Below are positions 57,938-64,000 of a stretch of DNA of 64,000 bases, piece after piece. Source of the DNA: Candidatus Woesearchaeota archaeon (GTDB lineage Archaea > Nanobdellota > Nanobdellia > SCGC-AAA011-G17 > JACPIM01); assembly GCA_043817645.1 (NCBI GenBank), contig JBDRGP010000013.1:21687-85686 (forward strand), written 5' to 3'. How positions within the stretch are numbered: position 1 is the stretch's first letter; every line of letters begins with the position of its first letter. Position numbers and translations under genes: made by a program. Below the pieces are notes generated by a model that was not told where the DNA came from, ran no database searches, and saw only the letters and a list, made by a program, of their open reading frames with translations.

Positions 57938-58395
57938 AAAATAGAATCTAAATATACACCTAGTAAGAATGAGAATATAGCAATTATTGCACGGATTATC
58001 CATTCGTTAATATCATCATCACATTCAGCTTTATAATTATCTATTTTTTTATTATCTAATTCTAAAAGATTTGCCATATCCAACTTAGTCCTATTACTCT
58101 CGATATTTTGTCTTTCATCACTCATTTGTTTACAAAGTTTTGTCTTAAAGACACCTAAAAATCTCCTTCTCTTTAGACTTCTTTCCATTTTATCTAGTGC
58201 TGAATCCAAAACTTTGATATAATACCTAACTAAAAAGTCATCATATTCTTTTTGAGAAATACCTTTTCTAATAACAAGACTATTAAATTGTTGTGAAAAA
58301 TGTTCTATTGGTGATATGTGATAATATTCTCTTCTACCTTCAATCACCTGATAATTTCTACCGAATAAAATAGTGCGACCAGTATCATCTTTCAT
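57934..58395 (-). CDS. hypothetical protein with C-terminal TM (transposon cargo)
   Basis: 153-aa ORF inside the TIRs. Confidence 0.55.
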   Translation of the reverse strand: MKDDTGRTILFGRNYQVIEGRREYYHISPIEHFSQQFNSLVIRKGISQKEYDDFLVRYYIKVLDSALDKMERSLKRRRFLGVFKTKLCKQMSDERQNIESNRTKLDMANLLELDNKKIDNYKAECDDDINEWIIRAIIAIFSFLLGVYLDSIF

Positions 58396-58397
58396 TT

Positions 58398-58598
58398 TTA
58401 CCGTCTAAATCTTCTTTTAGTTGAAGGCATCTTTACATTTCGCCATACATTTAAATTATGGTCATATACAGTAATTTCATCACTTCTTCTATTTTCTACA
58501 GCTCTATGGAATTTTCGGTATCGTATTGGCATTTCACACTCCTCAATAGACTTATTATCTTCAGTATTTAAATGATTTTCTTCTTTCAAAAACAGCAC
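58398..58598 (-). CDS. hypothetical protein (transposon cargo)
   Basis: 66-aa ORF, start uncertain. Confidence 0.4.
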   Translation of the reverse strand: MLFLKEENHLNTEDNKSIEECEMPIRYRKFHRAVENRRSDEITVYDHNLNVWRNVKMPSTKRRFRR

Positions 58599-58763
58599 CC
58601 CCTCTGTTTACCTCATCAGAAAGGGCTTTTAAACTAAAGAAATCATACAGTTGTTGCTTTATTTTGGGTCTCGTCAACTTAACAGCTCACAAAAAGGTTA
58701 AGTTTATAAAATCCAAATCACTTAATATTCATATCATATTTCTAAAAAAGGGGAGGTGTGGAA

Positions 58764-58832
58764 ATGGCTGCAAGAAGAAGAACTACTACTACCGCTAGAA
58801 CTACTACACGAAGAAAAACAAGAAGAAGATAG
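58764..58832 (+). CDS. 22-aa Arg/Thr-rich basic micropeptide
   Basis: MAARRRTTTTARTTTRRKTRRR with strong SD GGAGGTG, upstream TATA and downstream T-tract. Confidence 0.6.
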   Translation: MAARRRTTTTARTTTRRKTRRR

Positions 58833-58921
58833 GTAGTAAAAACTAAAACAACCAAAATTTTTTATTTTTTCCTATTTCTATTTTTACTAAAATATTTAAA
58901 TCTCTAGTATCTAGAATAACT

Positions 58922-59224
58922 ATGATTCCAAAAAAAATACAAAAGAAAATTGCATCAGAAAGAATTGAAATCTTATTCAAGGAAGCAAAAAAAGTTTCAA
59001 AACAAAACCTACAGTTATCAAATAGATATATAACCTTAGCTAGAAAAATCTCAACAAAACTTAAAGTAAGAATCCCAAAAGAATATAAAAAGTTGTTCTG
59101 TAAAAATTGTTACAAATATTTCTTACCAGGAAAAACATTAAGAACAAGAACTAAAAATAAAAAACTAATCTACTTCTGCTACAATTGCAAACACATAACA
59201 AGATACCCTTTCAAAAAAACCTAA
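58922..59224 (+). CDS. rnp4: RNase P protein Rpp21
   Basis: IA.ERI..LF, RY..LARKI, K..FCK.C, C..C....RYP. Confidence 0.92.
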   Translation: MIPKKIQKKIASERIEILFKEAKKVSKQNLQLSNRYITLARKISTKLKVRIPKEYKKLFCKNCYKYFLPGKTLRTRTKNKKLIYFCYNCKHITRYPFKKT

Positions 59225-59666
59225 AACTACTTCTTAGTTGCCTTACTCTAATTCTCCCCCCATCACCACTTAACTCTCTGTACACACTTTCCCAACTTTC
59301 TTTAAACCATTTTTTCTCATTTTTAATATCCTCACCATAGCCTCTCATTTTAAGTTCGTTATTAACAACGCCGCCTTTATGAGGATGTCTAAACTGTTTT
59401 GGATGAGGACTGTGGAAACCATGCATGTAATGAACAATCTCATGCGCAATAGTTAATCTAATCACAAACTCAGGAATTCTTATATCTTTAAACAGAGTAT
59501 TAATACCAATTTCACTATCTTTATTTTTTAACATTCTTATATGCCCAAACTTATTCTTCCATTTCCCTTTCCATCTTACCACAACATTATTCTTTTTTTT
59601 AACATCAGAAAACCCGCTATCCCAAACATCGTGCATCAAACCCGCTAACCAGATTTCGTCTCTCAT
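59211..59666 (-). CDS. SprT-like zinc metalloprotease
   Basis: TIAHEIVHY.H...PH.G. Confidence 0.7.
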   Translation of the reverse strand: MRDEIWLAGLMHDVWDSGFSDVKKKNNVVVRWKGKWKNKFGHIRMLKNKDSEIGINTLFKDIRIPEFVIRLTIAHEIVHYMHGFHSPHPKQFRHPHKGGVVNNELKMRGYGEDIKNEKKWFKESWESVYRELSGDGGRIRVRQLRSSFRFF

Positions 59667-59687
59667 ATTAAGATAAAGAAAAAGACT

Positions 59688-60059
59688 TTATTTAATTTTT
59701 ACCCTCTTCTTAACCTTACTTTTTGGTATATAAATGCTTAGCAAACCATCGTTAAATTTAGCCTTAGCTTTTTCAATCAAAAGCCCAGGAGGCAAATAAA
59801 TAACTCTACGATACCTATTATCTTTAGAAGCTCTAGATCTGTCTATCGCCCCAACAATCAATTTAGTATGGTCTGCATCAAGGACTATACTCTCTTTTCT
59901 GTCTATTCCAGGCAATTTCACATCCACAGAAACAAAATATTGGCTATGCCGTATATTGCTAAAAGGTTTTTTATAACCCCCGACTAAATTCCCAACCTTT
60001 TTATTAATTTTTTTCTGAAAATTTGCAATTTCTTTAAACGGATCCCATGCTTTAGCCAT
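59688..60059 (-). CDS. small heat-shock protein (Hsp20)
   Basis: WDPF, LPG, R.I.LP, A.F.DGLL.I.IPK. Confidence 0.8.
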   Translation of the reverse strand: MAKAWDPFKEIANFQKKINKKVGNLVGGYKKPFSNIRHSQYFVSVDVKLPGIDRKESIVLDADHTKLIVGAIDRSRASKDNRYRRVIYLPPGLLIEKAKAKFNDGLLSIYIPKSKVKKRVKIK

Positions 60060-60102
60060 TAATAAAACCCACCTCTTAACTAAAACAAATTTAAGTCATT
60101 TA

Positions 60103-60648
60103 TTAATCTTTCTTTTCTACCAATTCACCCATTTTAAACCATAGCTCAATCTCTCTCTCAGCCTCCTTAACATCTCCTGAAGCATGAATTAAATTCCTAA
60201 CAGCCCTGTCATTATTATTGGCCATGGCATAAGACTCATAGTAAAGATCTCCGCGAATAGTTCCAGGCAATGCCTGCCTAGGCTCTGTATGTCCTGCAAG
60301 TTTCCTTATGATTTCTACAGCATGCTCCCCCTCAAAAACAACTGCAACAACCGGACCTTCTTTTAAAAAATTTCTATTCCATTCTTGAACCATATTTCCA
60401 TAATCCATTGCATTATCAAACGAAAATTCTTTACCTGCTGCAGCATACCCCTTTTTTGTTTTTTCAAACACATCGTTAGCCCACTCTTCAGTAACTTGAT
60501 AATGGTTTTTTGCAGTCTCCTCATCCACTCGCACCATCTTAAAACCAATAGGCTTCAAACCGACTTTCTCAAATCTAGAAATAACTTCCCCAATAATTCC
60601 TCTCTTAACACCATCTGGCTTGATAATAACGAGACTTCTTTCAATCAT
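60103..60648 (-). CDS. ndk: nucleoside diphosphate kinase
   Basis: ERSLVIIKPDGV.R, PGTIRGD, NLIHAS. Confidence 0.95.
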   Translation of the reverse strand: MIERSLVIIKPDGVKRGIIGEVISRFEKVGLKPIGFKMVRVDEETAKNHYQVTEEWANDVFEKTKKGYAAAGKEFSFDNAMDYGNMVQEWNRNFLKEGPVVAVVFEGEHAVEIIRKLAGHTEPRQALPGTIRGDLYYESYAMANNNDRAVRNLIHASGDVKEAEREIELWFKMGELVEKKD

Positions 60649-60821
60649 TTTCCTCTAATATACCTTTCAGTCCATTTAATGTGAATTGCCTTTCTTTTTA
60701 ATTTCAATTGATTCTTTCTACATTTTGATGAACAAAAATTCGCTGTTTTTCCACTTTTAAAAACATAAATCATACCAGTGCCAGCAGCAATATCCACACC
60801 GCAAAAAGAACACTTAGCCAT
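60645..60821 (-). CDS. rpl24e: 50S ribosomal protein L24e (not in ORF track)
   Basis: [16 protein letters not shown]....FCSSKC.KN......R.....KWT. Confidence 0.93.
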   Translation of the reverse strand: MAKCSFCGVDIAAGTGMIYVFKSGKTANFCSSKCRKNQLKLKRKAIHIKWTERYIRGK

Positions 60822-61102
60822 TAAGATCTCCTACCAGGAGTAGATCTCCTAGCTTCAATTTCAGTTTCTCTCAACATTAAAGTATCTTTTTTCCTTACAG
60901 GACCTCTAACGTTCCTCCTCAATATTTTTCCTTTATCTCTCCCATCTAAAACCCTTGCTCTTACCTGAATAACCTCCCCTCTATTTCCAGCCCTTCCAAC
61001 TATCTCTTCCACTGTTGCCGGAACTGCCATAGAAAAATTAACTTTTCCAGCTACTTGGACCGCTTCTTCTTCCTTTTTTACTTTCTTTCTTTTTTCAGGC
61101 AT
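60821..61102 (-). CDS. rps28e: 30S ribosomal protein S28e
   Basis: A.V.EI.GR.G..GEV.QV..RVL.GRD.G.I.RRNV.GPVR..D.LML.ETE. Confidence 0.95.
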   Translation of the reverse strand: MPEKRKKVKKEEEAVQVAGKVNFSMAVPATVEEIVGRAGNRGEVIQVRARVLDGRDKGKILRRNVRGPVRKKDTLMLRETEIEARRSTPGRRS

Positions 61103-61103
61103 T

Positions 61104-61454
61104 TTAAACAGTTAATTTCTTTACAATACCGCTAATCAAGGATTTTGCATCTCCTTCATTAACAACCACAACAGCGCTTGTAGCAACTTGTAATCCAGCA
61201 GAAGCACCTAAATCACTTCTATTAGGCACAACAACAAAAGGAACCTCTTTTTCCTTGCAAAGTGCAGGAAAATGCATAATTATCTCTTGAGGATTAACAT
61301 CTTTAGCAACTACAACAAGTTTAGCCAAACCCCTCTCAATTATTTTAGTAACCTCATTAACCCCTTTCTTTATCTTGCCAGTATTTCTAGCAGTCTCAAC
61401 AGCCTCTAAAGCCTTATTAGCAATTTCCTTAGGAACATCCTGATTTAAATCCAT
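61104..61454 (-). CDS. rpl7ae: ribosomal protein L7Ae
   Basis: GKIKKG.NEVTK.IERG.AKLV..A.DV.P.EI..H.P.LC.EK..P. Confidence 0.96.
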   Translation of the reverse strand: MDLNQDVPKEIANKALEAVETARNTGKIKKGVNEVTKIIERGLAKLVVVAKDVNPQEIIMHFPALCKEKEVPFVVVPNRSDLGASAGLQVATSAVVVVNEGDAKSLISGIVKKLTV

Positions 61455-61602
61455 TTTTACCTCCCAATTAAGAGCAATTCTCTTACTAACCTTAATAGGT
61501 CATTGATTATCTAAGATACTAAAAAATCACTTTTTAAAGCTTTCTGTGACTACTTCCAAGGCCAAGCAACAGATTATTAAATACATCCAAATCAAAAAGA
61601 TT

Positions 61603-62760
61603 ATGCTTAAACCAAATTACGAAGATGGAAGCATAGTCAATTTAATGAGTTCTGTTGGAAAAAACTTCGGCTATAAGTCAAAGTATAAACCTCTTAAATT
61701 ATTGCACCCCTCTGAGTTAAAAAATTCAAAAAATATCTTGCTTATCATTTTAGATGGAGTGGGATTTGAGTATATAAAAAAGAAGGGAAACAATACAATT
61801 TTTCAAAAAAACCTAAAAGGCAAAATTACATCTGTTTTTCCACCAACAACAGCTGCAGCCATACCATCAATCACCACAGGAGTTGCTCCACAACAACACG
61901 CTTTTACAGGATGGTATATGCATTTGAAAGAAATTGGAATAGTCTCTGCAATATTACCGTATTCGCCCCGGGCCGGAGGAAAGCCCTTTAGTAAACATAA
62001 ACTCCCTATAGAAAAAATTTTCACTGAACAAGGATTTGCAAGCAGACTCAATTCAACCTCTTATACTATAATGAAAAGAGATATACTAAATTCTGATTTT
62101 ACAATTCACATCTCAAAAAAATCAAAAAGATTAGGATACGAAACCTTAAACGGATTTTTAATGCAAGTTAGAAAAACTATTTTTTCACATAACCGCAGAA
62201 AGTATATATTCGCTTATTGGCCAAAATTTGACGAATTAAGCCACAAATATGGAGTAAAAAGCAAAAAATCATATAACCATTTCAAGCAGTTAGATAAAAA
62301 ATTAAAACAGTTTATTAAAACTATTAAAGATACCAACACAACAGTTATCATAATCGCAGACCACGGGTTCATAGACACTACTAAAAATAAAACAATCAAC
62401 TTAGAGAATCACCCAAAATTGCAAGAATGTTTAACACTCCCCCTATGTGGAGAACCACGCACTGTTTATTGCTATGTTCATCCATCCAAAACAAGACAAT
62501 TCGAGAACTATGTTAAAACCAAATTAAACAAGGCCTGTTACCTATTTAAAAGTAAGGAGTTAATAGATAAAAATTATTTTGGATTATTTAAATCGAACCC
62601 ACAACTATTAGAGAGAATTGGAGACTATGTGTTAATAATGAAAGACAATTACATGATGAGAGATACACTCTTAAATAAAAAGCCGCATCCCCTTATAGGA
62701 AATCACGGCGGTATAAGTAAAGAAGAGATGTACGTTCCTTTGGTAGTTATAAAAACGTAA
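61603..62760 (+). CDS. alkaline phosphatase superfamily nucleotide pyrophosphatase/phosphodiesterase
   Basis: LDG.G, SVFP.TT, D..SH, ADHG, GNHGG. Confidence 0.88.
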   Translation: MLKPNYEDGSIVNLMSSVGKNFGYKSKYKPLKLLHPSELKNSKNILLIILDGVGFEYIKKKGNNTIFQKNLKGKITSVFPPTTAAAIPSITTGVAPQQHAFTGWYMHLKEIGIVSAILPYSPRAGGKPFSKHKLPIEKIFTEQGFASRLNSTSYTIMKRDILNSDFTIHISKKSKRLGYETLNGFLMQVRKTIFSHNRRKYIFAYWPKFDELSHKYGVKSKKSYNHFKQLDKKLKQFIKTIKDTNTTVIIIADHGFIDTTKNKTINLENHPKLQECLTLPLCGEPRTVYCYVHPSKTRQFENYVKTKLNKACYLFKSKELIDKNYFGLFKSNPQLLERIGDYVLIMKDNYMMRDTLLNKKPHPLIGNHGGISKEEMYVPLVVIKT

Positions 62761-64000
62761 TCACCTATGCCCAAAATAAAAAACCATTTTATCTTTTGAT
62801 TTCTTATCGCATCTCACAAAACCTATACGCATAAACTGCACCACCTCATTTACCTTAACCTTCTTCAATCCACCTTCACCCAAACCTTTCTTAATAGAAC
62901 CATCAGGCATAAATAATTCAACTTTAACTAAACCTTTACCCACAGGAAGCCAATGAATCAATTTAGCCCCCAATTTAGGACTCATCGTTTTAGAAACAAA
63001 CTTTAAATCTTTAAAATTGAACAAATCAATAAACCTATAAATCTGACCAGGCTCAAAAACTTCATCAACATAAAACTCGTCAGAAGTACCAAACTTTCTA
63101 AAACCCCTTTTAGGATAATCAGGATGCAAAGGAACCTTAACATTCATAGAGGGTGCAGTTCTAATCTTAATTTTTTTAGGATTTAGAACAACGAAATATC
63201 TTTCAGCTTTTTTATCAACTATATCTTTATTACAAGAAGCCAAACTACTAACATTAACATTTACATCCGCCTTACCAATCCCAACATCTTTAATAAAGCC
63301 TACAATCGCTTCACTCTGAAAACCTCTCTTTCTTAAGGCGGCAATAGTCCCTAATCTAGGATCATCCCATCCTCTTAACTTCCCTTCCTTAATCAATTCT
63401 AAAGCCTCACTAGTACTTTTAATCCCAGAGATAAAGAATTTCCCATGGTACATTGTTTCAGGATATTTCCATTTAAAATAATCATAAATATACCTTTGTC
63501 TTTCATCAGAAACCTCTAAATCCGCTCCTCTTAAGATATGAGTAACACTAAATTCATGATCATCAATAGCACTCGCAAAATTAAGCAAAGGCCAGACTCT
63601 AGCTTTAATCAAAGGATGTTTTCCATTTTTAATAATTCTAAACGCAGGCCAATCACGCACAGCAGGATTCGGATGAGTTATATCAGTCTTAATTCTTAAA
63701 ACAGCACACCCTTCCTCATAGCTCGTAAACATTTTTTTCCATTTCTTCATAACAGTTTCAGGACCTTCTTCTCTTTCATCAGAAATTTTTCTTTCCCATA
63801 ACATCTTTCTCATCACATCAGAAGGCAAGGTATCAACATACGCCTTTCCCATCTCTATCAACTTTTCAGCATACTTATAATAGATATTCAACCTTTTGCT
63901 TTGTATAACAACTTTACTAGGTTTAACACCCAGCCATTCTAAATCTTTTTTAATTTCCTTATAGGCCTCTTTCAATGGAACTTTAATCCTGGGATCTGTA
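62761..64000 (-). CDS. gltX: glutamyl-tRNA synthetase (archaeal type), 5' part outside window
   Basis: Frame open to window edge (TDPR); QS.RL..YY, HPNP.VRDW, THILRG.D, GWDDPRL.T, QF.R.GF. Confidence 0.93.
   Translation of the reverse strand, partial: TDPRIKVPLKEAYKEIKKDLEWLGVKPSKVVIQSKRLNIYYKYAEKLIEMGKAYVDTLPSDVMRKMLWERKISDEREEGPETVMKKWKKMFTSYEEGCAVLRIKTDITHPNPAVRDWPAFRIIKNGKHPLIKARVWPLLNFASAIDDHEFSVTHILRGADLEVSDERQRYIYDYFKWKYPETMYHGKFFISGIKSTSEALELIKEGKLRGWDDPRLGTIAALRKRGFQSEAIVGFIKDVGIGKADVNVNVSSLASCNKDIVDKKAERYFVVLNPKKIKIRTAPSMNVKVPLHPDYPKRGFRKFGTSDEFYVDEVFEPGQIYRFIDLFNFKDLKFVSKTMSPKLGAKLIHWLPVGKGLVKVELFMPDGSIKKGLGEGGLKKVKVNEVVQFMRIGFVRCDKKSKDKMVFYFGHR

Larger units (their letters stand above)
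53943..58689. mobile_element. IS6-like DDE transposon (~4.75 kb) carrying a Type IIG RM gene
   Basis: 23-bp TIRs TGAGCTGT(A/T)AAGTT(A/G)ACGAGACC at 53943-53965 and 58667-58689; 8-bp TSD CAAAAAGG at 53935-53942 and 58690-58697. Confidence 0.88.

Overview
Low-GC archaeal chromosome, most likely a DPANN (Woesearchaeota/Pacearchaeota-like) organism, judged from rpl7ae-rps28e-rpl24e-ndk, Rpp21, Pth2, TrmI, PINA ATPase, an unlinked 5S rRNA and BHB-type introns. Positions 1-25.9 kb and 58.7-64 kb are housekeeping: UDP-sugar enzymes, an intron-containing tRNA-Leu(CAA), a MacB-like ABC exporter, ppdK, ogg, nth, bacterial-type metK, lhr and gltX. Positions 26-58.7 kb hold three back-to-back mobile elements packed around a 5S rRNA gene. 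(1) A 16.7-kb ISH3-family transposon (TIRs plus 5-bp TSD ACAGA) carries a 9-gene defence operon ending in a two-methyltransferase Type I RM system. (2) A 10.8-kb tyrosine-integrase element is inserted in the 3' end of the 5S rRNA gene (15-bp att repeat) and has a helicase-like gene, iteron-like repeats and a hairpin-dense non-coding region. (3) A 4.7-kb IS6-like transposon (23-bp TIRs, 8-bp TSD) carries a Type IIG RM enzyme. The most striking observation is that the 5S rRNA gene contains two short insertions (35 and 24 nt). Each folds into a bulge-helix-bulge splice motif, and canonical cleavage exactly restores the 5S consensus, so these are apparent spliceable introns in 5S rRNA. All calls come from manual reading; no searches were run.
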